Assembly (NCBI GenBank): GCA_963729895.1
Contig: CAVSQB010000031.1
Coordinates: 1-64,000 of the forward strand
DNA: 64,000 nt
DNA from: an uncultured Fibrobacterota bacterium
GTDB lineage: Bacteria > Fibrobacterota > Chitinivibrionia > Chitinivibrionales > FEN-1185
Direction: 5' to 3'
Made by a program: the position numbers and the translations under genes. Under the pieces are notes generated by a model. It was not told the origin of the DNA. It searched no databases and saw only the letters and a program-made list of their open reading frames with translations. Positions 46,844 through 57,051 of this stretch are shown in pieces (position 1 is the stretch's first letter; each line of letters starts with the position of its first letter).

Positions 46844-48508
46844 ATGATTCGTTCTCTGCTGCACACCTGTTTTGTACGATTTGCGTGGAAGCCTCCAGTT
46901 CCGCGCGCCGGCAATCCGAATTACGCCCCGTTTTCAAGATTCTTTGTCCTGGTACTGTGTTATGCCGCCGCGTCCGCCGCGGTCGACGCGCCCGACCTCA
47001 AGGCATATTCAAAACTCCTGGCCGGCGCCCCGTTCGACGAACAAACGCGGTCACCCGAGCCGCAGATTGACAACTCGATAAATCCGGAGGCATATTGTAT
47101 CGGCGGGGGCGACGTATTCCAGATCTCGGTGGTGGAATCGCCGTCCATCCAGTACACGGGAACGGTCAATGAGAACTGCGACGTGTACATCCCGGAACTC
47201 GGCATCATAAAGATCGGGAAGGCGCGCCTCTCCCAGGCCAGGAAGCTCATCGCGGAATTCGTCGCTTCGAAACTCAGGAAGCGGTTCGAAGTATATGTCT
47301 CCCTTGTCAAAACCAAGACCGCGGTGGTGGGCGTGTCCGGCGCCGTGGCGAACCCGGGAACCTACAGGATTGCCGGCACCTTCCGGCTTCTCGACGCCAT
47401 ACGGGCGGCAAACAACGGTGCACTGCCTTCCTTCAACGAATGCAATTATCGCGAAACGGAATGCCGCACCGGGGATTCGGTGCGCGTCTTCGACCTCTTC
47501 AGGTACTTGTTTGCAAACGACCTGGACCAAAACCCCTATGTCTACCCCGGAGATAACATACGGATCTCGCTTGCCCAGCGGCGGGTGATGATCAGCGGGG
47601 CCATCAAAAGCCTGGCGACGGGCTGGATCCCCATCAGGCAGGACGAGCAGGCCGCCGATTTTCTCTCCCTGTTTGCGCTTGACGCGTCTGCGGATTCCGA
47701 CCGCATCATCATCCAGCGGGTCAACCCGGATAATTCTTGTCTCGTCAAGATCATTTCGGTCCGCGAAAAGGTTTCCTTCCCCCTCCAAGACCGCGACCTC
47801 GTGATTGTTTCGGAAAAGGAGAATTACCCGGAGGCGGTCACCGTGACGGTACGGGGCGAAATCGCCAGGCCGGGCCCGTATCCCCTTGCAAAAAACGTTA
47901 CCAAAGCGGACGACGTGGTGAAGTTGGCGGGAGGTCCCACAACTCTGGGCAACGCCGGCCGCGCCTACGTGATCCGCCGCAGGAAAATGTTCCGCGAAGA
48001 GATCAAAGGGAACGGCAATTCGCTTAAATCAACTACAATGGCCGGTATTTCCGACAACTCGGTGCGTCCGGAAATAAATGCGGGATTTCTTCGGATGAAC
48101 GCGTCAAACGATTTTTCGATCCTGAGGTTCAGCGACAACAAAGACGGCATCCTCCTTGAGCCCGACGACGAAGTCGTAATTCCAAAAAAGGAATACTGTG
48201 TATACGTGAGCGGAAGCGTTCGGCATCCCGGCGCCTACCCTTTTTCGGCAGGCGCCAGCAAGGACCATTACATCAGTTTGGCGGGCGGGTACTCTTCAAA
48301 AGCGGACAGGAAGAATTCATGTGTCGTCGCCTACTATGGGACGGTCATGCAGGTGAAAGAAGATGGCGCGTTGGAAGAGGGCGATGTTATTGTCGTTCCG
48401 GATTCCCAGGAGTTCAAGTTCCTGACGATAGTCTTCATTCCCATTCTCTCCGCAATCGCAATTACCATTTCCACCATTCTTGCGCTCTATACCAGCGCGC
48501 ACCACTAA
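46844..48508 (+). CDS. SLBB-repeat polysaccharide export protein (Wza/KpsD-like)
   Basis: YCIGGGD, repeated V.G.V..PG.Y and AGG motifs, C-terminal TM; start uncertain. Confidence 0.8.
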   Translation: MIRSLLHTCFVRFAWKPPVPRAGNPNYAPFSRFFVLVLCYAAASAAVDAPDLKAYSKLLAGAPFDEQTRSPEPQIDNSINPEAYCIGGGDVFQISVVESPSIQYTGTVNENCDVYIPELGIIKIGKARLSQARKLIAEFVASKLRKRFEVYVSLVKTKTAVVGVSGAVANPGTYRIAGTFRLLDAIRAANNGALPSFNECNYRETECRTGDSVRVFDLFRYLFANDLDQNPYVYPGDNIRISLAQRRVMISGAIKSLATGWIPIRQDEQAADFLSLFALDASADSDRIIIQRVNPDNSCLVKIISVREKVSFPLQDRDLVIVSEKENYPEAVTVTVRGEIARPGPYPLAKNVTKADDVVKLAGGPTTLGNAGRAYVIRRRKMFREEIKGNGNSLKSTTMAGISDNSVRPEINAGFLRMNASNDFSILRFSDNKDGILLEPDDEVVIPKKEYCVYVSGSVRHPGAYPFSAGASKDHYISLAGGYSSKADRKNSCVVAYYGTVMQVKEDGALEEGDVIVVPDSQEFKFLTIVFIPILSAIAITISTILALYTSAHH

Positions 48509-48759
48509 CCGCGGGTACGGTGTCCGCCGGCGCGTTGTTTTGCGAACCGCGGGAGTCGGTTCGCGTGCCGTTCACCGACTCCCCGTGCATTTCGCGGATA
48601 TGCAACCGGGCGGAGCGGAAAATGGTTGTAGTTTTTGTGGAGATTTCCGGTGAGAAAGAGAAAATCCGCTCCCGGGGCGGTAACGCAGGCTTCCGGCTTT
48701 TTGTCCAATCAACACCTACACGTGCTTCGATGTTTTCCTTTTCAAGGAGTCGTTGATAC

Positions 48760-49392
48760 ATGATCCACACAGTCGCTGCATTTTTCAATTCCGGCGGTCC
48801 ATTCATGTGGGTGATCCTCGTGGTGCTGGCCATTTCCACCGCGGTGGTCCTCGAACGGGTCTTCTTCTACTTTGTCGTCTGCAGGGCGCGCGGGCCCGTT
48901 CTCGTGTCGAAGATCGCATCCGCGTTGCACGGCGGTAACCAGGAAGAGGCGAAGAAGGCGGTGAGCAAGGGCTCTGCGCCGCTCACCGTCTTGCTTCGCA
49001 CTGCGGTGGACCGCTATTGCGCGGGCATGCCCGTCCACGACATCGAAGAGGGAATCGAGGAGTCGGCAATCGTCGAGATGCCGAAGATGATCGCCCGGCT
49101 CAACTACCTCTCCCTTTTTGCAAACATCGCAACGCTGCTCGGACTGCTGGGGACCATCTCCGGGCTTCAGGCGTCGTTTTCTTCCCTTGCCTCGGTGGAG
49201 GCATCCAAAAAGGCCAGCATGCTCGCCGCCGGCATCGCCGAAGCAATGAACTGCACGGCGTTCGGCCTTATGGTGGCGGTTCCCTGTATGGTGGCCTACA
49301 CCGCCCTTTACAACAAGCAGACGCAATTGACAAAAATGATTGACGATTCCATCGTGAAAACCCTCAATTTCATGAAGAAGCTCAAGCCGTGA
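48760..49392 (+). CDS. MotA/TolQ/ExbB proton channel
   Basis: GGPFMW, ATLLGLLGTISGL, GIAEAMNCTAFGL. Confidence 0.92.
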   Translation: MIHTVAAFFNSGGPFMWVILVVLAISTAVVLERVFFYFVVCRARGPVLVSKIASALHGGNQEEAKKAVSKGSAPLTVLLRTAVDRYCAGMPVHDIEEGIEESAIVEMPKMIARLNYLSLFANIATLLGLLGTISGLQASFSSLASVEASKKASMLAAGIAEAMNCTAFGLMVAVPCMVAYTALYNKQTQLTKMIDDSIVKTLNFMKKLKP

Positions 49393-49892
49393 AAACACTT
49401 TCTGTGGGGAAAAAAGGATTTCTGCCGTCCGAGGCGATCGAGGCGGAGATCGATATCGACGTGAAACCGATAATGAACGTTCTCATTATCCTCATCCCGT
49501 TTCTCGTCTCGGTGGCGGTATACACCAACCTTGCGGTCATCGACATGTCGCTGCCGCCCAACGTGACCGCCGCGGCGGGAGCGGGCCCGGCAAACCAGAA
49601 ACCCAGGCTCAAGATCACCGTGCTGGTGGCGCAGACCTACTGCGCGATTACGCTGGGTGAGACCCTGCTCGATTCCATTCCGCGGACCGGAGACGAGTAC
49701 CCCTACGACACCCTCGCGGCGCGCCTCCTGGTGCGCCGCGCTGCCGCCGACGTCAAAGACGAAGTGATCGTGGCGCCGCGCAACAGGATCCATTTCCGTT
49801 ACGTGGTGCGGATCATGGACGCGTGCAAGAAGACCGGGTTCGAAAAAGTGAGCCTGGCAAGCGCTACGGAGAACCCGGACGGCGGCAAGTAG
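49389..49892 (+). CDS. ExbD/TolR-family protein 1
   Basis: DVKPIMNVLIILIPFL TM; VVRIMDAC..GF. Confidence 0.85.
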   Translation: MKTLSVGKKGFLPSEAIEAEIDIDVKPIMNVLIILIPFLVSVAVYTNLAVIDMSLPPNVTAAAGAGPANQKPRLKITVLVAQTYCAITLGETLLDSIPRTGDEYPYDTLAARLLVRRAAADVKDEVIVAPRNRIHFRYVVRIMDACKKTGFEKVSLASATENPDGGK

Positions 49893-49893
49893 C

Positions 49894-50364
49894 ATGAACA
49901 TCCACAAAAAGAAATTCTCGGGGTCAGGCGGCATCACCGACATCATCAAGCCGCAGATGACTTCGCTTATCGACATCCTCACCTTGCTGCTGGTGTTTCT
50001 CATCCAGAGCTTCAACGCCGAAGGCACGCTGGTGACGCCGTCATCGGACCTGGAGCTTCCGCTTTCGTCTTCAAAGAAGCAGCCCAGCCCGAGCATGATG
50101 ATCGAGATAACGCGCGACGCGGTCGTCGCGGAAGGAAGGCAGCTTGCCGCCGACGCGTCGTTCGCCTCGTCGCCCGACCTGCTTGTGCCGAACGTGTATT
50201 CCTGGCTCGGACAGCAAAAAGGCCGCATCGCCGCCTCCGCGGAACCGCGGCAGATCATCATCCAGTGCGACAGGGAAATCGAATTCAACATTGTCAAGCG
50301 CGTGATGTACACCTGCAGCAAGGCGGGGTTCACCGATTTTTCGGTTCTTGTCATAGAGGAATAA
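49894..50364 (+). CDS. ExbD/TolR-family protein 2
   Basis: MTSLIDILTLLLVFL TM; IQCDRE..VKRVMYTC..AGF. Confidence 0.88.
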   Translation: MNIHKKKFSGSGGITDIIKPQMTSLIDILTLLLVFLIQSFNAEGTLVTPSSDLELPLSSSKKQPSPSMMIEITRDAVVAEGRQLAADASFASSPDLLVPNVYSWLGQQKGRIAASAEPRQIIIQCDREIEFNIVKRVMYTCSKAGFTDFSVLVIEE

Positions 50365-50367
50365 GGC

Positions 50368-51144
50368 ATGGACGCCATCACGCTCGAACTGCTTTCCGGG
50401 CCGCCCAAGCGGTCGGACAACCATTTGTTCGGCGTGATATTCGCGATAACGCTTGCCCTGTTTCTCGGGGCGGGCCTGTATCTCACGAAGGTAAAACCCC
50501 TGCCGGTGCACTACGACGAGAAACCCGTCACCCAGATCACCACGCAGTTCGTGATGCCGGAAAAGAAGAAGCCGCCTGCTCCCAAACCTAAGCCGGCGGC
50601 ACCGAAAGAGGAACCGGTCGATCTCACCAAGGCGCCGCTGCTCAACCAGAAACAGGATTTTACCGCACCGCAGACGGCTGTGCCGCAGACGAAGCAGGTG
50701 GCGCGTCCGGTGTACGGACTCAGGCGCGTGTATTCTACGGGAATAGGAGCGGGCGGTTCGGTATCGGAGGCGGTGATCGGAAAACTGGGCAACACGCTTG
50801 ACAAAGACATCGACACACTGACGCCCGCGCCAAAGGACATAAAGGGACAGCTCGTATCCATTACCTCAATCTCAACGGCGCCTCGCCTAAAACATGACGT
50901 GAAACCGGAATACACCAAAGAAATGATCGCGGCCAAGGTCGAAGGTGTTATCAAGGCCGAGCTGCTTGTGGACATAGACGGAAAAGTGAAGGAAGTCAGA
51001 ATCCTCAACGATCTCGGCTATGGTACGCGCGACCGTGCGCGTGAAGCATTTTTGCAATGGGAGTTTGTGCCTGCCATGCGGGACGGCAAGCCGGTTGCTA
51101 CGTGGATATCGTATTCGATCAGATTCGTTTTTCTGCAGGACTGA
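50368..51144 (+). CDS. TonB-like energy transducer
   Basis: N-terminal TM, Pro/Lys-rich linker, PEY..VEG..G.V..WEFVPA.RDG.PV domain. Confidence 0.88.
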   Translation: MDAITLELLSGPPKRSDNHLFGVIFAITLALFLGAGLYLTKVKPLPVHYDEKPVTQITTQFVMPEKKKPPAPKPKPAAPKEEPVDLTKAPLLNQKQDFTAPQTAVPQTKQVARPVYGLRRVYSTGIGAGGSVSEAVIGKLGNTLDKDIDTLTPAPKDIKGQLVSITSISTAPRLKHDVKPEYTKEMIAAKVEGVIKAELLVDIDGKVKEVRILNDLGYGTRDRAREAFLQWEFVPAMRDGKPVATWISYSIRFVFLQD

Positions 51145-51146
51145 TA

Positions 51147-53996
51147 ATGCATTTTCGACAAATACGAACGCATCGGGCCGCCCTGATCGCCGGTTTCTTC
51201 GCATGCCTGGTAATCGCGGTTTCTTCGCCTGCGCAGATTTCGGAAAGCGCGCCGGTGGCCCCTTTGCCCGCTGCGGGGAAAAACGCGCCGGTGCCCGCCA
51301 CGCAGGATTCCGGTGTTCAAAAAGCCTCGACAGGTTCGGGCGATACGAGTTCGACCACCGGCAAAGACAGCCTGCCGCCAATCGATTCCATGCCGAAACT
51401 CATTGAATTTGTGAATGCGCAATACCCGGCCGACCTTGTCAAAAAGGGACTTGAGGGCCAGGTTGTTCTCGACCTTGTCGTGGACACGGCAGGCCGCGTC
51501 GACTCGGTCGCAGTTGTCAGAGGTTTCAACCCGCGTCTCGATTCGAGCGCCGCGGTTGCGGCAAAACAATTCAGGTTCAGGCCCGCACTTTCCGCCGGTG
51601 CGCCCGTGGCGGTGATCATGGAATACGTGTACCGGTTTACAATTGATGAAGTTGTCCGGAAAATAGACCGCTACGTCAATCTCAAGGGAAGACTTCTCGA
51701 GCGCGGCACGCGAGCGCCGGTGGTGGACGCGACCGTCGCCCTCATGTTTCGGGACACATCGAGCGACAAGACATTGCGAGTGCCGTTTTCCGCGTATTTG
51801 AAAAGAATCGGCAGTTTCCCCGGCCAGCACGTTGAAAACAACGTTCTGGTGACGGCAACGGATTCCTTGGGCCGCTTTGCGTTTACGTCTGCTCCGTCCG
51901 GCCCCATCACCCTCAAAGTAATTTGCCCAGGGTACGAACAGCTCAGCGAAGATGAGGATCTGCATCCCGGAGCGGTCCTGGAAATCACCTATCATATCCA
52001 GCGTTTTTCCACCTATGGCGACAATGAAGTGGTGGTATACGGCAAGGAGGACGAAACGGAAGTCGCCGAGCATACGTTGACGCTCAACGAAGTAAAAAAG
52101 GTCCCTGGTTTCGGCGGAGATGCCGTCAAGGTGGTGCAGGCGCTTCCCGGCGTCGCGCGAACATCCCTGTTGGGAAACCAGATCGTGGTCCGCGGTGCAC
52201 CCACCGCCGATTCCCGCTTTTTCCTTGACGGCGTGCAAATTCCGGTACTGTTCCATTTCGGCGGCCTCAAATCAACCTACAACTCCGACGCGCTCCAATC
52301 GGTTGACTTTTATCCGGGAGGCTTCGGCACGCGGTACGGCGACGTAACCGCCGGTGTCATTGAAATCACGGGCCGGCCCGCAAAGACGGACCGCATCCAT
52401 GCAAGCGTGGACGCCAACTTGATCGACGCATCGTTTATGGTGGAAGGGCCCGTCACCGACAAGATTTCCACGCTGCTCACCGCGCGCAGGAGCTTTATAG
52501 GAGACATTCTCAGCTGGGCCGTAACGAAAATTGACCTTCCTATTTCCATACAGCCGTATTATTGGGACTACATCTGGCGCACCGATTATGCACCCACCAA
52601 AGACCAGAGGTTTTATCTGTCGTTGTTCGGCTCCGATGATTTTTTCAAATTGGTTGCTCCATCGTTTGGAGGCAGGACCAGTATCACAAACGACCCTACC
52701 GACGAAGCGGACCAGCGGACCATGTTCAACATGGGGATTCTCGGCTGGAACTGGGATATTTCCCCTACCGTCAAGAATCATCTCACCTGCGCTTTGACAT
52801 ACGCTGACCAGTATTCTTCGTTTTTCGGATTTGTGAAAGTCGATCAGAACGCCTGGTACTATAACCTTCGCGACGAGGCAAGCATTACCGTCTCCAAGAA
52901 CGCCGTCGTCCATGCTGGGATCGACGCGCTTGTCTATCCAGCCAACTTTGAAATGGTGATCCAGGGCGCCGCGGATACCGTGACCAGGGACACGATGAAG
53001 GACTGGGTTTTTGGAGACATAGGCCCGTACCTCAATCTCGATTGGAAACCGCTTGAGCGGCTTGAAATCATCCCGGGCTTGCGATACGATTATTTTCCGG
53101 AACTCGATTACCGGGGAAGCATTGCGCCGGCCTTCTGGAACTACAGTCTCATAAACAACCGTCAGGGCGGGCCCGGCGAACCGTCGTTGCGTGTGAACGC
53201 CCGGTACAAAATCGCTCCGACGCAAACCGTGAAAGCGGCCATCGGCAACTACAGTGAAACGCCGCAGCCCCTGGGCGAGTCTATCATGCAGCAATGGGGC
53301 GACCCCCATCTGCCCGCCACCAAGGCCGCCCAATACGTTGCCGGGTACGAATGGAAGATTACTGATCTTGACAATGCAGACGTTCAGGCGTATTACAATT
53401 ACCAGTGGGACATTCCACGGCAAGGCACCCCCCAGGACGTTCCCCCCGGCGAAACACCCAAGGGGTTTTATGCAGACGAATTGGGACGGATGTACGGCCT
53501 GGAAATCATGCTGAAACACGACCAGGGGAAACGGTTTTTCGGCTGGATCGCGTATTCACTGTCCCGCAGCGAACGCCGGGACCCTCACACTGGTATATGG
53601 TCCCTGTATTCAAAGGACGAGACAAACAACCTGCAGCTGATCGGAAGCTACCGGCTTCCGAAATTCTGGGAAATCGGCTGTCGCGTCAGGTATGTGACCG
53701 GAGACCCGACGACGCCCATTACGGGAATAGACTACAATGAAAACGAAGGCCGGTTCCAGCCCTTGTACGGTCCGGCGAATTCGTCCAGGTTCGATCCCTT
53801 TTTCCAGGTTGACATGAGAATAGAAAAGAAGTTCATGATGAAGAACTGGGTCTTGTCCGCCTACCTTGATTTCCAGGACTTGAGCTGGTTTGTGTATAAG
53901 AGCCCGGAATTCTACATGTATAATTACCGGTATGACCAAAAAACGCCGGTCGGCGGGATCCCGGAACCGGCTCTCGGCATTTCCGCGGAATTCTAG
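51147..53996 (+). CDS. TonB-dependent receptor with fused N-terminal TonB-C domain
   Basis: Signal peptide; YP..GLEGQVVL..FRFRPA; plug VPGFGGDAVKVVQALPGV..FHFGG; terminal Phe. Confidence 0.88.
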   Translation: MHFRQIRTHRAALIAGFFACLVIAVSSPAQISESAPVAPLPAAGKNAPVPATQDSGVQKASTGSGDTSSTTGKDSLPPIDSMPKLIEFVNAQYPADLVKKGLEGQVVLDLVVDTAGRVDSVAVVRGFNPRLDSSAAVAAKQFRFRPALSAGAPVAVIMEYVYRFTIDEVVRKIDRYVNLKGRLLERGTRAPVVDATVALMFRDTSSDKTLRVPFSAYLKRIGSFPGQHVENNVLVTATDSLGRFAFTSAPSGPITLKVICPGYEQLSEDEDLHPGAVLEITYHIQRFSTYGDNEVVVYGKEDETEVAEHTLTLNEVKKVPGFGGDAVKVVQALPGVARTSLLGNQIVVRGAPTADSRFFLDGVQIPVLFHFGGLKSTYNSDALQSVDFYPGGFGTRYGDVTAGVIEITGRPAKTDRIHASVDANLIDASFMVEGPVTDKISTLLTARRSFIGDILSWAVTKIDLPISIQPYYWDYIWRTDYAPTKDQRFYLSLFGSDDFFKLVAPSFGGRTSITNDPTDEADQRTMFNMGILGWNWDISPTVKNHLTCALTYADQYSSFFGFVKVDQNAWYYNLRDEASITVSKNAVVHAGIDALVYPANFEMVIQGAADTVTRDTMKDWVFGDIGPYLNLDWKPLERLEIIPGLRYDYFPELDYRGSIAPAFWNYSLINNRQGGPGEPSLRVNARYKIAPTQTVKAAIGNYSETPQPLGESIMQQWGDPHLPATKAAQYVAGYEWKITDLDNADVQAYYNYQWDIPRQGTPQDVPPGETPKGFYADELGRMYGLEIMLKHDQGKRFFGWIAYSLSRSERRDPHTGIWSLYSKDETNNLQLIGSYRLPKFWEIGCRVRYVTGDPTTPITGIDYNENEGRFQPLYGPANSSRFDPFFQVDMRIEKKFMMKNWVLSAYLDFQDLSWFVYKSPEFYMYNYRYDQKTPVGGIPEPALGISAEF

Positions 53997-54013
53997 AGGA
54001 GTTTTCTGTTGCC

Positions 54014-55219
54014 ATGAAAAACCCTTCACGCCTCAAGAACCTGTGCGCCGTTCTAATCGGTTGCGGCGTAGCGTTCCTTTCGTGCTCCCAATTTCCCACG
54101 CAGCTCGGCTACATAGGCGACCAATATGTTCAGACGGTGGGCTTTGTTTTCACTCCGCTTGCGGAAGGCGCTCCGGGCGACACCCTCCATCTGCATGCCT
54201 ATTTTGCGGGAGAAGCTGTCCGCTCATTCGCGTGCAGCCTTTCGACCCAGTATACGGTCACCGTGTTCGGTTCGGACACCGCCGTCAATTTCAAGCCGCT
54301 CGTGGACCCGAACGCCACGGTCGCGCCCGACTCCATTTCTCTCTCCCTCGTCATTCCACCGGACATTTTCGCCGGCTTTGGCCCGCTTATCGAGGCCGCA
54401 CTCGCGACGTTCCCCGATTCGGAAAAGAAGCTCCTGGGTCTCGATTCCGCCTCTCTCGACCGGGTGCCGCCGTCGCAGCTTGCCGGCGCTATAGGATTGT
54501 TCCTCACCACCACCGATTTTTCCACGCTTGATTCTTCCGTTTGCCAACAGATCGCGCACCTTTCCGAAATTCTCTCCACTCAAATTGTGTTGCATCTCGC
54601 GGTCAACGGCGGCTACACGATCGTTCGGAATATTACAGTCCGGTATAATTCCCATATCCGCACTGACCGCTACGTTTTTGTCAACAGGAATCCCGACCCG
54701 TGGTGGATCGGCATTCTTAAGGTGAGAAACCGGAAACAACAACTTCTGTCGGTTTTCGAAAGGGACTCGGGTGACACCATATTCTGTCTGTACGCCAAGG
54801 ACACGTCCGTGGTTGCAGGGCCCAAACGCTTTACCGACACGGTCGTAATAGACACGGGATTTACGTACTACGCTGCCGGCGACAGCGGGATCGCAAGCGG
54901 GATCGACCACCGCGACTCCTCGTATACAAACGAAGGAGTTCTCGTTCCGGAGGTTTACAGTTACCTTTGGTTTTATCAGCCGGATTCCGGAACCGCCGAC
55001 CTCAATCCCCAGAACTCGCTTTCGATCAGCACTGGCCGGGGCTATTACAGTTCCCTGGCGCCGCCCCTCGACACCTCGATGCACAATTTCACGATCTGGG
55101 CACGCGCCTCGGAGAGCGCCACAGGCGAGCTTAACGCCCCGGTCTCGGTCTCGGTCCGGCAGGTAAGCCTCGTACTTCTTTATTCGCAGAATTATGCGGG
55201 GGCAGTTACAAAAAAATGA
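54014..55219 (+). CDS. Putative lipoprotein partner of the TBDR
   Basis: Lipobox-like AFLSC after a hydrophobic stretch; co-oriented downstream of the receptor. Confidence 0.65.
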   Translation: MKNPSRLKNLCAVLIGCGVAFLSCSQFPTQLGYIGDQYVQTVGFVFTPLAEGAPGDTLHLHAYFAGEAVRSFACSLSTQYTVTVFGSDTAVNFKPLVDPNATVAPDSISLSLVIPPDIFAGFGPLIEAALATFPDSEKKLLGLDSASLDRVPPSQLAGAIGLFLTTTDFSTLDSSVCQQIAHLSEILSTQIVLHLAVNGGYTIVRNITVRYNSHIRTDRYVFVNRNPDPWWIGILKVRNRKQQLLSVFERDSGDTIFCLYAKDTSVVAGPKRFTDTVVIDTGFTYYAAGDSGIASGIDHRDSSYTNEGVLVPEVYSYLWFYQPDSGTADLNPQNSLSISTGRGYYSSLAPPLDTSMHNFTIWARASESATGELNAPVSVSVRQVSLVLLYSQNYAGAVTKK

Positions 55220-55286
55220 TGCGGTAAAGAGGAACCTTGCGGGATGTCCGAGCCGCGTCAACCGGTCACCTGCGGAAGGCCGTTTC

Positions 55287-56336
55287 TCATTTTGCCTTCA
55301 TGCTGCCGGAAAGCTGGCCGCAGGCGCCCTTGATGTCCTGTCCCCTGCTTCTTCTCAGGGTGACATTCAAGCCGTGGTCAAAGAGGTTCTGGACAAATGA
55401 CTCGACTTTTTTTTGCGAGGGCCCTTTTCCCCCGCCGTATCTGCTTGGATTAAGGGATATCACATTTATCTTGCAGACAATCCCGCGCAGCAGGGAGGCG
55501 AGGGCCGCAACCGCTTCTCTGCCGTCATTTTCACCTTCTATCACTACATACTCGAACGTGACGGGTCTCCCGGTTTTCTCAAAGTATTCCTGTGAGATTT
55601 CAACAAGAGACTCAAGGGGATATTTTTTGTTGACAGGCATGATCCTGTCGCGCACCGCGTTGTTATATGCGTTGAGCGATATGGCAAGTCCGACGGGAAT
55701 GTCCTGCTCCATCAGTTTTCGTATTGACGGCACAACTCCTGCCGTCGAAACCGTGATGCGCCGCGCCCCGATGGTAAAAGCCTCCTCGGAATTGATGATC
55801 TCGAGCGACGAAAGGAAATTGCCGAAATTCGACAGTGCCTCGCCCATCCCCATGAACACGACGTTGGTAACCGGTTTGTCCTTTCTTGACGCCTGATAAT
55901 CATTGATTCCAATGAGCTGGCCGAGGATTTCCGCCTGTGTGAGGTTACGCACGAACCCCATGGCGCCTGTCTCGCAAAACACGCAGCCCAGGTTGCAGCC
56001 GAGCTGGCTCGACAGACAGGCGGTACGGCGCTCGCCGTCGACCAAAAGCACGCTTTCCACGAGGAATTCCGAATCAGCAAGCTTGAACCCGAACTTCACC
56101 GCGTCTTTGTGGGAGGACTCCAGGACCGCGCTTACGGCAAGTTTTTCCGCGGTGAAATGTTCGGCGAGTTTCCTGTGCGACTCCTTTGAGATGTTTGCCA
56201 TGGCGTCAAAGCCGTCAACGCGCTTCTGGTACAGCCATTTGGCAACCTGTTTTGCACGGAACGGAGGCTCGCCGAGAGAGGTAATGGCGGCAGCGAGCGC
56301 AGTGAGGGAAAGGTTTTTGAGGTTGGGTTTTTCCAT
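55287..56336 (-). CDS. rlmN: Dual-specificity RNA methyltransferase
   Basis: CLSSQLGCNLGCVFC, VFMGMGE, DIKGACGQL. Confidence 0.93.
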   Translation of the reverse strand: MEKPNLKNLSLTALAAAITSLGEPPFRAKQVAKWLYQKRVDGFDAMANISKESHRKLAEHFTAEKLAVSAVLESSHKDAVKFGFKLADSEFLVESVLLVDGERRTACLSSQLGCNLGCVFCETGAMGFVRNLTQAEILGQLIGINDYQASRKDKPVTNVVFMGMGEALSNFGNFLSSLEIINSEEAFTIGARRITVSTAGVVPSIRKLMEQDIPVGLAISLNAYNNAVRDRIMPVNKKYPLESLVEISQEYFEKTGRPVTFEYVVIEGENDGREAVAALASLLRGIVCKINVISLNPSRYGGGKGPSQKKVESFVQNLFDHGLNVTLRRSRGQDIKGACGQLSGSMKAK

Positions 56337-56390
56337 GTGGTCATCGGATGTTTGAGAGAAATTACGTTGTGGGGGTTACCTCGAAGCAAC

Positions 56391-56416
56391 AAAAAAGGCC
56401 CTGCCGTCGCAGGACC
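56391..56416 (-). terminator. Intrinsic terminator after tRNA-Leu
   Basis: Minus strand GGTCCTGC-GACG-GCAGGGCC-TTTTTT. Confidence 0.75.
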
Positions 56417-56443
56417 ATTAACAAAGAGGATTGGCTGAAAAAA

Positions 56444-56530
56444 TGGTGCGGTCGGTCGGAATCGAACCGACACAGGATTGCTCCCACATGCCCCTCAAAC
56501 ATGCGTGTCTACCAATTCCACCACGACCGC
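56444..56530 (-). tRNA. tRNA-Leu(GAG)
   Basis: GCGGTCG..GGAATTGGTAGAC..CATGT-TTGAGGG-GCATG, long variable arm, GGTTCGATTCC, CCA end; downstream of secG. Confidence 0.95.
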
Positions 56531-56547
56531 ACAAATCAACTTCGGCC

Positions 56548-57030
56548 CTATTTCTTCCCTTGTGCCGGCGCAGGCGCCGCCGCCGGCGGAACAGCCTGTA
56601 TCGGCACTCCCGGATTCGGCATTCCTTGCGGAGCAGCGCCCGAAGGAATTCCCTGGGGAGCGGGGAGGCTGCCGGCTGCGCCCGGATTGCCGATGGGAAG
56701 TCCCTGCTGACCCTGCAATACCGACGAAGGCGAAAAAGACCCTTGTTTCTCCGCCCGCTCCTTGAGCGCGGATTTCACCTGCGCACCCGTCGGATGGGAC
56801 AGGAATACGGAAAGAAGCAGGCAAAGACCGAGAAAAATCCCGGCTGAAATTGCGGTAGCACGCGTCAGGATGTTCGCCGTGTCCTGCGAGCCTAAAAGAT
56901 TGGTTGCACTTGAAAACCCGCCGCCGAGTGCGCCTGAAATTCCGCCGCCCTTGTCGGATTGAATAAGGATGAGCAGGCACAGGAAAATACACACGATCAC
57001 AAAGATGACAAGACCAATTCCAAACAACAT
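56548..57030 (-). CDS. secG: Preprotein translocase SecG with Pro/Ala-rich tail
   Basis: LILIQSDKGGGISGALGG..LTRAT; tpiA-secG-tRNA-Leu synteny. Confidence 0.92.
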   Translation of the reverse strand: MLFGIGLVIFVIVCIFLCLLILIQSDKGGGISGALGGGFSSATNLLGSQDTANILTRATAISAGIFLGLCLLLSVFLSHPTGAQVKSALKERAEKQGSFSPSSVLQGQQGLPIGNPGAAGSLPAPQGIPSGAAPQGMPNPGVPIQAVPPAAAPAPAQGKK

Positions 57031-57051
57031 AGGTACCCGGCCTTGCTAGAA

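Noticed and set aside
56444..56530. tRNA-Leu as an integration site
   Set aside because: No duplicated tRNA 3' end or integrase seen; followed directly by a terminator and rlmN.
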